Shown here: piece after piece, positions 47,651-63,312 of the stretch | Numbering within the stretch: position 1 is the stretch's first letter | Layout: each line of letters begins with the position of its first letter | Source: the human T2T-CHM13v2.0 reference genome, Homo sapiens | DNA length: 64,000 nt | Reading direction: 5' to 3' (one strand) | NCBI RefSeq assembly: GCF_009914755.1 | Contig: NC_060925.1 | Translations under genes and position numbers: made by a program | Notes under the pieces: generated by a model | What the model was told of the DNA's origin: nothing | What the model saw: only the letters and a program-made list of their open reading frames with translations | Database searches by the model: none

Positions 47651-48673
47651 ATGGTATCTGTGGTTTTGTGTTTCCTTGTTGGTACTAAGGAGATTAAGCA
47701 CCTTTTCATATGTTAACTAGCTATTTGGATGCAATGCAATTTTAAGATACATAAAAGTGTTCAAATCTAATCCAGAGGACTGAAGTTCATTGACCTCTTT
47801 AAAATTCATTGACTCTGGAATGTGAGGAATGATGGCAGAGACTGGAAATAAGTCAGAAAATTATGACATTTTGGTTAAAATTGTAGTTGTCTTCAAATAT
47901 TTGGGCTGAACTGTGAAAGTTGTGGGGTAAGTGGTGGACGTGGGCTAAGTGGGGGACATGGGTGTGTATGCAAGGTGTAATGTGGGACCCTGCAATCAAA
48001 GAACAACTTCCCTACCTTCTCCTTGAGGTAGAAATTTGGTTTGGGTTAGCAAGATTAAAGTTCATGGGAAGTATGCAGTGGGAAAGGAAAGTTGGTGTGT
48101 TTTTCTTCAGTGGAGGGAGCTAGTTATCAAAGAATAAGTGACTGTAAACAGTATGTTCCGTAGGCATGGGTGCTCTGAAGTGGCTTCCACAGATGTGCTG
48201 AGTAGCCAGAGAACTAAGATAGGACTGAGCAGAACTGAGCAGGGCGTAGCTCTATTCTTCCCTCTCCTGCCCCCAGTTCACTGGCTCAACTTTGACTTCT
48301 TTAGCTACCAAGCTTGTAAGATTGAAAGACTGAGCTAATGAAAACAGAGGATGCTCAGTTAAATCTGAATTTTAAATAAACAATTTTTTAGTATAAATAT
48401 ATTCCAAACATTGCATTCTTTCTAGCAGCCCTACTATCAGCCCCTTCAATCTTGGCAATACCACACTCTCCTCACATGCATAGTATAGACTGTTTTGCTA
48501 AAGTTGTTAACACTGGATGGAAAGTGGGTTAGGTTTATTCTTTGTTGCTCAGGATCAACTAGGATCAATGACTGGCAATCACCGAAGGACAAATATAAAC
48601 AATGTAAGAATGAGTGTTCAAACTGGGCAGTTTTAGGAAGTGTTGAATAGCTATCTACCTGTGAGGGTAGAGG

Positions 48674-49244
48674 TATAAAAAGTAAAGTAGAGGTTCCTCT
48701 TCAAAGACTTTCCTCCCCGTCTAATTAGGAATAAATAGTAACTTATCTTAAAAGCAAAATTTATTCAAAGACCTGTGCTAACATTCTTAAATATCTGCTA
48801 GCCATAATAAAGAAATCAATGTACTTTATGTTCTTGGCTCCCACAATGTAGCCTAAATATTTGCCCTGGCATGCTTATACTGGTCCAAGCAACCATTAGG
48901 TCATAGCCTGTTCCTCTTCCTTATTTAAAAGTATTTTTACTTTTCTCAGCATTCCACAAGTTACTTCCTCCTTCTTTTGTTCTCCTCTACCTTTGCCTCT
49001 TTTAAAAGTTCTAAGTTGCTAGCCGATCGGGACAAATACAGAATGTGAGGTCCTGTTCCGGCCAATGGGCAGTAGGGTGAACGTGTCAGGTTATAAATGA
49101 CCCCGTCTCCTTTGTTCAGTGTACTCTCGTGGCAAAACTGCTGGCGAGTATACCCTCTCTGCAGGAAGTAAAAATGCCCTTACTAAATAAATTTATGTTC
49201 AAGTGCTATTTCTTTATGGCATTGGAGAACAAGCGTTTCAAACA
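48674..49244 (+). mobile_element. LTR10-family (HERV-I) solo LTR
   Basis: aaaagtaaagtagaggttcctcttcaaagac start, TATAAA and AATAAA, 4-bp TSD GAGG. Confidence 0.8.
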
Positions 49245-49640
49245 GAGGTGATTTTAGTCAGTGTAGAGATGAATTAGATGATTGTTAAGATTCTATTGTT
49301 TTAATTAAGGTGATGTGAATGAACTTGGACAGATTTTTCTGTTTATGATGACCAAACAAGGAAAGTACATGCATTTTGAGATTAAGATGGCATATGTAGA
49401 TGTGAAACTAAAAGAAGAAAATGATAGGTTTAAAAGGCAGGGAGATCTAAAATAAATATCTGGGAGTTTCTTATGAACACCCATAAAAGACAATAGAAAT
49501 TTTCTATTTTTGAAGATATAGTTTTCTGCTTTAAGTTCTGCAACATCACAAAATGATTAGTGATAGCTGTATTTACCTTTCTACAGGCACATACCACATT
49601 GTAATTATAATTTATTATGACCTTTTTATGTGAAGCATTC

Positions 49641-50268
49641 TATTGTAGGAGTTATTAAGAAATTATTTTAGGCAGATAGAGAGGAAAAGGGGTCCTTGGG
49701 AAATTTTCATTTTTTAAAGCATCTCCAGAAAATTTCTTGTAAAGCCTTGGCTCTTAGAGCCAGGCCGGCAACCTTTGATAAGCAAATGAAGGCCATTAGA
49801 AACAGGGCCCACCCAACATGGCGATTCCGGAGGCCTTCTTTCCCTTGCCCCACATGTTCCTGGCAACATGGCCACCTCCACATACTCCCACGTGTGTAGA
49901 ACATCATGGCACCCTGCATTTGCATATTAAAAGGCTAGGGTGAGAGGGCTAGCTTTTTCAAGGGCTTTGTGAATGACATGCCTGGTCAAACCAATCCCCT
50001 GAACCCTATGCAAATCAGACACTGCCTCCTCCAGCGTCTGTAATATATACCTAGCTGACGTCCACCCCACTGGGGGTTCCCTCTCTCGGCTTTGGAGCCC
50101 CCCTCCCTCTGTCTCTGTATGGGGGAGCTTCTTCCCTCTTTCCTCTTCCTTCTTGCCTATTAAACTCTCCGATCCTTAAAATCACTCCACATGTGTCTGT
50201 GTCGTTTTATCTAAACCGGGATGAGGACTAAGAACCTTGGTGTTCCTCCACTCATCGGAGCCGTATCA
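49641..50268 (+). mobile_element. ERV1 solo LTR (MER61-like, family uncertain)
   Basis: 4-bp TSD ATTC, ends gtatca, CCAAT / TATA-like / ATTAAA in LTR order. Confidence 0.75.
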
Positions 50269-51440
50269 ATTCTACATAGGTTGCCTCATTTAATCATCCA
50301 AACAGCGCTATGAAGTAGACCTGATTTCTATAGATATGAAAACTGAAGCACAGAGGTATTAACTTGCTCTGGGTTATAAAGCTGGAATATCCAGGTCTGT
50401 GGGACTTGAAAGTCCCTGTTGTTTCTACTATATCATGCTATATCCCATTTGTATACGCTTTATAGCACTTTGGGGATGTATATGACCTAGACAAAAGATG
50501 TAGGTTTAATTTAAGAGCACTTTCAATGCATGTTGATGGTACCCTTATCAACTGTTCAGCCAATTCTATCACATCAAGAATACAGCATGAACAGCATGGG
50601 TACTGACAAAGCGCGGAAGCACCTTGGAATGAGAAATGAGGATACCTGAGTCAAAAGGCAAGCAGGCGAATGAGGCCCGAAAGATAAACCAAGAAGGATT
50701 CCTGAATGCGGAGTGTGAGTAAAGAAAACTCAGTAGTACCCAAAAATGAAAAGAGAAATTAGGGTTCGATTATATTCATCAGTTTCTCTAAATCTCTCCT
50801 CTAGAATTTCCTAATAGATTTTATATTCAACTTTTCACCTACATGTAAAGTCAGGTTTCACGAGTCCAAAGAGGGAGATACTCTGAACTTAAAGGCACAG
50901 TGTTACCTGTCATGAAAGCTTGCTTGCCTACTCTAGCCATGGTAATTTTTCTTCTGAGCTATTGTGGCTCTTAATGTCTACACTTAAGTGGCTTATTTCC
51001 CATACAAATATCCTTGATTATCTTTTGAATTGCTTCTATTTTGTCTTCATCTGAATTGTAAGCTCCCCGTTTGGAACCATCTTCTACATATCTTTGTTTA
51101 CTCCACAGCACCTTGCCAGAGCCCCCTTCAAGAGGTAGGCACTTGGTAGTTGTTGACTGATAAAAAGGAGGATATCACGTGAGAAACTGCAGAAAAGAGG
51201 CAAATAAAGAAAGTAAGCTAGAAAGACAGAGCATCCAGGTTGAGAAGGTGAGGCAATATTTAAGCCTTCAAGCTTCTAAGCTCATGTAAGGGACTGACAC
51301 AGAGGTATACACAAACTTGAACCCTGACTTCTAGCCCCAGGCTTCCCACTCCTCTGCAATAGCTGTCTTCTTTCCTGACGGTCGCCCTCATCTTCAGCTC
51401 TGCAATCAATCTTTCTGCTGAGACTCTTACTTCCACATAC

Positions 51441-51680
51441 CTCCACTTCATCCAGGGCTGAGGAAAAGCCAGACCTCAGTTAGGGACTAGGTCTTTTAAG
51501 ACTGCAGAAGACAGGAGAGGAGGCCGGGTGACATTATTCTGAAGACAGCTGAAGCGCCATGTCTGTCTATAGCTGACCCATAAAATGACAGTTTTGTCTA
51601 AAAGCCGTTTTCCAGGCCACACCCTCATCAGTAGCTCATTGTTCCACGGGCACCGACCATGTTTCTGATTGGGTGGCACT
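51441..51680 (-). other. ADCY10: Probable ADCY10 non-coding exon 1 and promoter (5' limit uncertain)
   Basis: Unique non-repeat sequence with strong donor GAG|GTATGT at 51441/51440 and CCAAT on the minus strand at 51668-51672; fits my recollection of the 5' UTR. Confidence 0.65.
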
Positions 51681-52940
51681 GCCGTCCCCTCCCCCACCAA
51701 CCTGAGTGGCCTACTACTGTACAAGGAAGGACTGGCTGTTTCAGGTTCTCTTATCCGCACATTTGAGGCAAGGGTCAGGGGAGACTGACATGACCCCAGA
51801 GTAGTTTACACAATTCTTCCCTTGGCCATGTGGAGGATGGTTGAAATTAGGCAATAGTTGGTAGGTGATCATCAGAAGTATCTCCAGAGCAAGCAAACAC
51901 CTAATTTTAGTCAATAGTGGTTACAGCTTGTACCAGGACTATGAAATTTACCAGTTATAATAAATTCAATACTTACCTTCAGATATATTTGTGAGGTAAA
52001 TTTTTGTTTGAAGAATTATATACCTGCCCTTTCTGACTGGTCAAGTGCACGCTTTTAATCAAATTTATCCCAAAGATAACTTGAAATCCAATGGGCACTG
52101 GATTTGAGTTTTCTTTATCTGATGTGACACTGGAAAAATGTATTTTAAGAGGCTGGTGTGTTTTCTAACAGCTTAAATCATGTGTTGATTTTCTAAATGT
52201 TCTTATGTATATCATCACAACCACAATTATCATTTAGGGGCACAGCTTTTAAAATTGGAATTTAAAAAGTCTTATTTAAAAAGCTGTACATGTTCTCCTA
52301 TAAAGCCCCGCTCTGTAATTGTTTACTGTGTACTTCCAAATGTTGTAAAACACAGTTGTCTTAGGGAGGAAAACAAGAGGGTCATTTAATTATGTTCATT
52401 GAGTGAATTTTCTGGTGTGAGTTGTGGAAACCAGTCTTATAATTAGAATCATACCTCATTTAATTAAACAATCCCCTTAGGGAGAGCTATTCTTAATAAA
52501 TGCCAGTGTTTTCTATTTCTGCTTCATTATATAAACAGGCTCCAGTAGAGACCTTTGTTTTACAGAAAGGAACCTTAGCTTTGAGGTCCATCCTCATTAA
52601 CATTCAACCTTTCGCTATGATTTTATAAGTTAAAAAAGAAAATATTTACTATGAGGAAACAGCAGCACTGACATACCTTGGATCAAAGTTTCCTTAAAAG
52701 AGATGCCATACCACAAAAAAAGACTAAAGAATTTATCTCTTATTGAGCATTCTCCACCCCACCTACTACTCCTCTACCCCAAGCAGCTTCTTTTCTGCTA
52801 TAAAGTTATTAGTTCAGAAACCGTGCAAATAGGTTAACACAGTATATCCTTTTTGTAGTAAAATTAAAACTTCCTTTAAAGTACTTAAAGAAAAGTACTT
52901 TCTGGGTCTACCTTCAATTAATAAGATTACCATTTTCTGA

Positions 52941-53970
<1,030 letters not shown>

Positions 53971-54139
53971 AAGATTTAATTTTTAAGATTAAAAAATTGG
54001 ATAGATTAAGAGTTTTGGGGCAGAAAAGAAAAGAAGCATGTGATGGTTGTTTGTCAATGAAACTTCTGAGAAACAAGAAAGGAGGACTGCCTATGATTGT
54101 ATCTAAATGCTACAACAAATTTGACTGACAAGAGGGGCT

Positions 54140-55786
<1,647 letters not shown>

Positions 55787-55823
55787 TTATTTGTGTGCTT
55801 TAGCTTTTAGTTCTTGGTTATAT
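55787..55823 (-). CDS. MPC2: MPC2 last coding exon
   Basis: tag|A TAT AAC...CAC AAA TAA encodes (R)YNQELKAKAHK*, the MPC2 C-terminus. Confidence 0.96.
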
Positions 55824-56039
55824 CTATAAAGAAAACAGAAAGAAAAATAATCATCAATAATAATAGACAAATTTATGGTAAGGAGAGAATGGGAAGCATA
55901 CTCCATTTCTTCTTTCTTGGTGGTCAAGTAGCTATACAGTTGTAAACAGAATCTTCCCGGAGGGCTTACAGGTAGAAACAGGCAGAAAGGAAAGGATTCA
56001 AAGAGTTCATTTGCATCTGGATTTTGTTTCAGATAATAA

Positions 56040-56357
<318 letters not shown>

Positions 56358-57341
56358 CTGCCAAAAACTTTTAACAGCTTAGCTGACATATAGTTTCCTG
56401 TGCAAAAGTATTATTTTAATAAAAATATTCTCATTCTGGAATTCTACAAGAACGTGACAAACTTGTGAACATATGTATAAAATTTAGTAAAATGTGGTCA
56501 CCTAGAATTTTAAAATTTATACTCGCAAAGCACCTTTCCTAAGAATAAGATCAACAGGTAAAGTAAAATATACTAAAGTAATCACTAAAGTAAAATATAC
56601 TTCTAACCACTAAGGTAAAATATACTTCTGTGATGCAGGCAGGCTATTGGGTTAACAGCCTGTAAACACTTAAGTTCACAAACGCTAAGGACCATTTCCT
56701 CAATTCTCAATCCAAAGAAGTAACCACAGAGCCATAGTCTTTCCTTCCCTTCTACCATACCTTGGGCTTCATTTACTATTCCTCCTAGCTTATAATGGAA
56801 TGGAGAGTAGTATAAAAGCATAAGAAGGAACTTATTCCATGAAGCCAACCATACCTCCTAGGTTTCTCAAAAGATCCTGATTTCAAATATTTGATCATAA
56901 TGTCATTATCATAAATCACTGACAATATTAACTACTGAGTAAATAGTTTAAAAATTTCCAGTGCTCATGGAACACTTTCCAATGAAAGCAAAGACCTCAC
57001 TCTACGTATCATTTCCAATACTACATAACAATACACTTAAGTTCCAATTTATTATATACAATTGAAAGTGATAAAAGGTTTACATAAGAAATTAATAAAT
57101 CATAAACTGTATATGTTGTCTTAATAAAAGAGATTATGTGAGATGGTTAACCATCTAAATGATGCACAGTTAAATCTAAAAACTAGGTAACATACTGCTT
57201 AACTGATTTTAGTCAGTTAACTAGTTAACTGGTTAACTTATTTGTAAACCCCTAGACTTTTCTAGAAATGTTAAATTTCTACTTTAGATACTTCTTGTCT
57301 TAGCATTATATATGAATCTTTTAAAAAAATTAGTGCCATCT

Positions 57342-57387
57342 CCAGCCTGGGCAACAGAGCGAGACCCCGTCTCAAAAAAAAAAAAAA
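57342..57387 (+). mobile_element. Extremely 5'-truncated Alu
   Basis: ccagcctgggcaacagagcgagaccccgtctc plus A tail between copies of aaaaaaattagtgccatct. Confidence 0.9.
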
Positions 57388-57444
57388 TTAGTGCCATCTA
57401 AGTAGCTTTTGCAACAGTTTTAAAAATATCTCTGGTAGGCTTAC

Positions 57445-57556
57445 CTCCAAATACGAAAAAGCTGAGAGGCTCCTGCTGCCCCCACAAAGAAATTAACAGC
57501 AAACAGACTCCAATTTTTTGGAATAATTACAAGTGAGTATCTTGACCAAATAAACC
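57445..57556 (-). CDS. MPC2: MPC2 penultimate coding exon (112 nt)
   Basis: FIWSRYSLVIIPKNWSLFAVNFFVGAAGASQLFRIW; cag| acceptor and |gtaagc donor. Confidence 0.97.
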
Positions 57557-58012
57557 CTGTTGAAACAAAATGTTACTTTAAAAAGAATACATACTGCTTC
57601 AATAACTTCAGTGAATACTTAATATTGAGTAAAGTAATTACAACAATAATGTAGGATGAGGGACAAAGAAATGCTATACTCTGAATTTTCAATGTTTCTG
57701 TAACTTAGTGTCACAGAAAATACTCAATTCTTACATGAAAGAGGAATCTTTAAAGTGACTATTAACTGTAATTTTCTTCCCACTTATAAAAATATGTTCA
57801 TGGCAAAAACCTGAAAAGCAAAAGCCCATTCAGATACTTATTCTTTCTGTGACTCCTCCATCCATAACTTAATAACTTCCTAGACATAATACTGTTAATT
57901 CCTTTGTGTGTGGGTGTATTTCAAACACTAAGCCACTAAATAAACTGATATAAAAGAAAACAAAAATCATTTATGTTCTACAAGAAACACAGAAGATATT
58001 TATTTAATTTAC

Positions 58013-58097
58013 CTGTAGCCATCAAAACAGCAGATTGAGCTGTGCTAAGTTTTTCTGCAGGTCTGGCCATATCAGCCAATCCAGCACACACCAACCC
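58013..58097 (-). CDS. MPC2: MPC2 internal coding exon (85 nt)
   Basis: GLVCAGLADMARPAEKLSTAQSAVLMAT; tag| acceptor and |gtaaat donor. Confidence 0.97.
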
Positions 58098-58697
58098 CTA
58101 CACATTAACGCATAGAAAGAAAAAAAGTATCACAAATGTGGAGTAATAGTTTTAACTTTAAATCAAGCACAAGACATTTTTGAGATTTCCGTAAGTTAGC
58201 AGCTATAATTTTAGTGTCCATTCATTAAGAAAATGTAGATTACAACAAAAAAAAAGCACAATGAATTAAAAAACTGCTTTTTGAACTAATTTTATTTTGT
58301 TAGGTACACTAAGCAGTCTCACATATCTGAAAGTCAGTAGTACATATATAGATAAGATGTATATGTATGCATTACACGTACATATATATTTTGGGTTTTT
58401 TTTGGTCTACCTATTTCACATATGAATTTATATACTCTTTATATATGTCAGGAACCACTAACCACTAGCATGGAAGATACCTAAAAGCTGTTAAGGTCAT
58501 TTGTATAGATTCTTCCTTTGATGTTTTCTGCCAATGTTATCATTTTTAAATTAAATTAAATTTTAGATTTGGGGTATATGTGCAGGTTTGTTACATGGGT
58601 ATATTGTGTGATGCTGAGGTTTGGGCTTCTAATGAATTATTTTTTAAAAGTATAAATATCAGAAAAACTTATAATTTTAGTTTTTTGGTTAGATCAT

Positions 58698-58987
58698 TTT
58701 TTTTTTTTTAGACAGTCTCACTCTGTCACCCAGGTTAGAGAGCAATGGTGCGATCTAGGCTCACTGCAACCTCCACCTCCCAGTTTCAAGCAATTCTCAT
58801 GCCTCAGCCCCCAAGTAGCTGGAATTACAGGCGTGTGCCAATATGCCTGGCTAATTTTTGTATTTTTAATAGAGACGGGGTTTCACCATGTTGGCCAGGC
58901 TGGTCTCAAACTCCTGACCGCAGGTGATCCGCCCGCCTCAACCTCCCAAAGTGCTGGGATTACAGGTGTGAGCCACCATGCCCGGCC
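58698..58987 (-). mobile_element. Alu (S family), preceded by a short L1 3' end fragment at about 58560-58635
   Basis: Reverse Alu consensus; gtgcaggtttgttacatgggt is L1 3' UTR. Confidence 0.9.
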
Positions 58988-60279
58988 TTGGCTGTTACGC
59001 CATTTTTCTTTAACATCAGCATATACATGGCCATTTCTCTTCTGTGTTTTTAACACTGTCTCTATTGCACTCATGCGTTTTTGCTCCCACCAGATGAGCT
59101 GTATTTTTACCAAGTCACTATGTTTGTCCCCAATCTATTTATGCCAGTTTTACTTGTTAATGTAATTTACATGATTTAATAAATTGTTTTTTTTTAAAAA
59201 AACTAAGCTGGAAATTATATAGGATGCACTGTAGTGTAATTTATCCAGGATAGAAAATGTGGAGCTCAGAAATCCATACACAAATAAAAGATTTAGCTTT
59301 AAAAAAGACTGATTGTCAATGAATATATATTTATATCCTTTAGGTTAAAATAAAATATTTAAGGTACATAGGTTTTTGTTTTTAGGATTATCCACTTTGA
59401 CCTTTATGATTAGTTATGTGGTTTCAACTAAAGTGGTTACAAAGGACTCTACTACAGTTATATGTTTGAAGGCATATGGTCTGAGAGTCTTCATGTTATA
59501 GAACATATGTGGCTTGCAGAAGCAACTGTTATGTGTCATGTATAGAATTCTACAGATTAATTATCAAATACTCTGGGATAGTAAAACACAGTAAGAGGTA
59601 TATAAGGTAAGTATCTAATAGAAGAAGTCTCCCCACCAGAGAACAAAACACAGAAGTTTCTATTGCTATGCTGTCATCTGGAGACTATGTATGATTTCAA
59701 CATGTACTTAAAATAGATGTTCTTAAAGAGACAGATAGTCAAGAAGGCATTTATGAGTATATAATGCTGTCAATATCTCACAACAGTAATGAACCAGTTC
59801 AAATAAACCCCAAAGCTATTGATAAAATCAATAAACTCCTAAACTGTGGTAAATTTGAGATCAAAGAGGCCCCTAAATTTATTGTGAATAGATGAAATCA
59901 CTCAAACTCTTTTAATGATTGAATACTTCAGCAATCAATTCCACTATAAAGATATATTATTACTATGTAATTTTAAGTGTAGGTAGGGAGAGAAGAAGGA
60001 AATGGTAATGTAACTTCCATTAGTATAGGGGGTTTTAGGATCTTTTCTCAATATGTAGATATGAAAAAAAAAACCTGCTCCCTAGATCTCTGTAAAATAC
60101 AGCTCCCGAATGACTTATATTCTAATCTTGTCACTTTATAGTTGAAGAGACAAAATGACAAAGAGACTAAACTTGCCCAAGGCCATAAGATTGAGTCATA
60201 GCCAATTCCAACTCTAACATTCTCAACCACTTGAATTTACAACTGAGTTTCTGAATTGTTCTAACCATTTTAAAAGTAC

Positions 60280-61180
60280 ATTTAAGAGAATTACAACAGC
60301 CCATCACTCAACAACAACAAAAAACACCTTGATTAAATTAAAAAACAGGCAAAGGACTTGAATAAATATTTCTCCAAAGAATATACACAACTGACCAATA
60401 AGTACAATAAGTATATGTTCAGCATGACTAATCATTAGGGAAGTGCAAATAAAAACAAAGATATCTAACACCCATTAGGTGCCTATCATAAAAACAAAAA
60501 CAAAAATGCTCCCCCATCAAAAGTAACAAGTGTTGGTGAGGATGTGGAGAAATTAGAACACTTATGAATTGCTGGTAGAAATGTAAAATAATGTAGTTGC
60601 TGAGGAAAACAAAAAATATTAAGCAGAATTATCATATGATCTAGCAATTCAACTTCTGGGTGTATACTAAGAAGAATTAAAAGTATTGACTTAAACAGAT
60701 TCTTGTACATCAATGTTCATGGTAGCATTATTCACAACAGCAAAAATGTGGAAGCAAACCAATTGTCCAATCAACATATAGAAGAATAAACAAAATGTGG
60801 TAAATACATACAATGGAATGCTATTCAGCATTAAAAAGAAAGGAAAGTGACACATGTGACAACGTTAATGTACCTTGTGGACATTATGCTAGGGGAAATA
60901 AGCCAACTACAAAAAGACAAATACATTTTGATTCCATTTACATGAGGTACTTAGAGTAGTGAAATTCATAGAGACAGAAGGTAGAATGGTGGTTGCCAGG
61001 GACTGGGAGAAGGAGAATGGGGAATTATGGGTACAGAGACTTGCTTTTACAAGATAAAAAGGGTTCTGGAGATTGGTTAACAATGATGTAAATGTACTTA
61101 ACGCTACTGAACTGTACACTTTGAAAATGGTTCAGATAGTAAGTTTTATATGTATTTTACCACATTAAAAAAAAAAAAGC
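60280..61180 (+). mobile_element. L1MB-like 3' end
   Basis: Degenerate ORF2 end and 3' UTR (gtacttaacgctactgaactgtacactt) with A tail. Confidence 0.8.
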
Positions 61181-61187
61181 CTACAGA

Positions 61188-61345
61188 CCAGTGGTTTTCA
61201 AACTTTAGAGGGCATTAGAGAATCATCCGAAGAGGTTATGAAAACAGAGCTCACTGGACTCCACATCTAGAGTTTCAGATTTAGTAGGTCTGTGATGGGG
61301 CCTAACAAGTTCTCAAATGATGCCACTGCAGGTCCAGAGAGATGA
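61188..61345. mobile_element. MER5A-like DNA transposon
   Basis: cagtggttttcaaactt...cactttgagaagcacag inverted ends. Confidence 0.65.
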
Positions 61346-61962
61346 CACTTTGAGAAGCACAGTTATAGACCCAAACTGGCCCTTTCAACATAAAATCAAT
61401 GATTTGCTACAAACAGCCACCACAATTGTTTCTTTTCAGCTAAGTAAGAACTTTAAGAAAGAAAACTTTGGGGAAGAGTAAAAGCACTGGGCTTGGAGTC
61501 AGAAGTCCTAGGTTCTCTCATTTACCAAATGCTAATATTTATATTCGAATAAATCCATCTACTTTTTGAGAGTAACTTTCCTCACCTATATTTTGGTGAT
61601 AGTACCTTCAGTTCTCATACTAAATTAATAATAAAAGTTAACTTGGGGGTTCTAACTAGCTTAATGTTTTACTTAGTAATAACATTTTAGAATGAAATTT
61701 CATGTCCATGTGGTGCACAATTGTAAGTTTTTTGATAACAAGTATGTTCCCAGAAGGCCTCTTATCTAAAGAGTTCAGAAAAACTAAAGTAGATAGTTGC
61801 TTTATGTAGAAAACGATATGTCTGAGAATATTTGCCATGAAATCATCTAGAGGCATACCAAGAATACTCTAAAGTATATCCTTCATAAAAGTTACTTCAA
61901 ATTAGTAAATTCCTATTAAGGAATTTGTCTTTCAGTAGCTTCCGTAAAAACTCAAGACTTAC

Positions 61963-62003
61963 CCATTTCATAATTGGAGCCCAGAAGAAAACTGTTCTGG
62001 GAC
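61963..62003 (-). CDS. MPC2: MPC2 internal coding exon (41 nt); the start codon lies beyond the window
   Basis: (G)PRTVFFWAPIMKW, an MPC family motif; poly-T cag| acceptor and |gtaagt donor. Confidence 0.96.
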
Positions 62004-62864
62004 CTGAAAAAAAAAAGAAAAGAAAAATTCAGGAATAAACCAAATATATTATACACGTCTTTTAACAGCTGTCACCAAATTTTAAAAACCAAAGGATTTA
62101 TCAACCTATTTTTAACCACTTTTACTATGCTTTTTGCATACTTTGTATTTCAGTTAACATTTAGAGAGGCACCACAGTATCACAGTACAGTTGACCCTTG
62201 AATAACACAGGTTTGAACTGATAGGTTCAACTGTATGCAAATTTTTTTCAGTAAATATACTGCCATATAAAAATATTTTAGGGAACCTTGATTCTAATGT
62301 ACTTTCATACTAGTTTTACACTCAAGTAACACTCTCATCCCAAATGAAAATGAACCCAGTGATAACACCCCATTTTTGTGCATTTTGGCTGAATTACTAT
62401 AACAAATAGTTGGGTAATCTTAACATTAAGCAGCAAAATTTGAAAAATGTAAAAATGGCAGTTGCTTCCCTCCAATTTTTGCTTAGTATGCAGGTTTTGA
62501 AAAGTATCACCAGATAGTGCAAACTACTTGCCTTTAGCCTTAAGTGATGGTAATGCTACACATTCTGTCTTCCACAATTTAACATAGTCCTTGATATTTT
62601 TGTCCCTCTCGAATTCACAGTATTCTTACAGCAAAATTCATTAATTCAATGTCATTTTAAAATCTACCACAGTACATTTTACATATTTTACTCCAGTTAT
62701 TTGTAAATCTATGTACCTATCAAGATTATGACTTTCTCGAAGCTAGTGGCTCAATACTATTCATACTTGTACCCCTATTACCTAATAGAATGTAGAATAA
62801 TAAATAAAAAGGAAAGTTAGCCAGTAGAGTTGGAAGCAGTTTATACTAACATTTATTACCCTAA

Positions 62865-63312
<448 letters not shown>

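Larger units (their letters stand above)
46374..47730 (-). mobile_element. Old L1M 3' end interrupted by MER30 and a solo LTR
   Basis: ttttattgaagcataac...ggagtggaattgctgggtcatagggt; resumes after each insert. Confidence 0.75.

Noticed and set aside
51441-51451. ADCY10 exon 1 end (ATGAAGTGG, MKW) resembling the MPC2 exon end ATGAAATGG (MKW) as a sign of duplication
   Set aside because: Similarity covers about 9 nt and does not extend; consistent with chance
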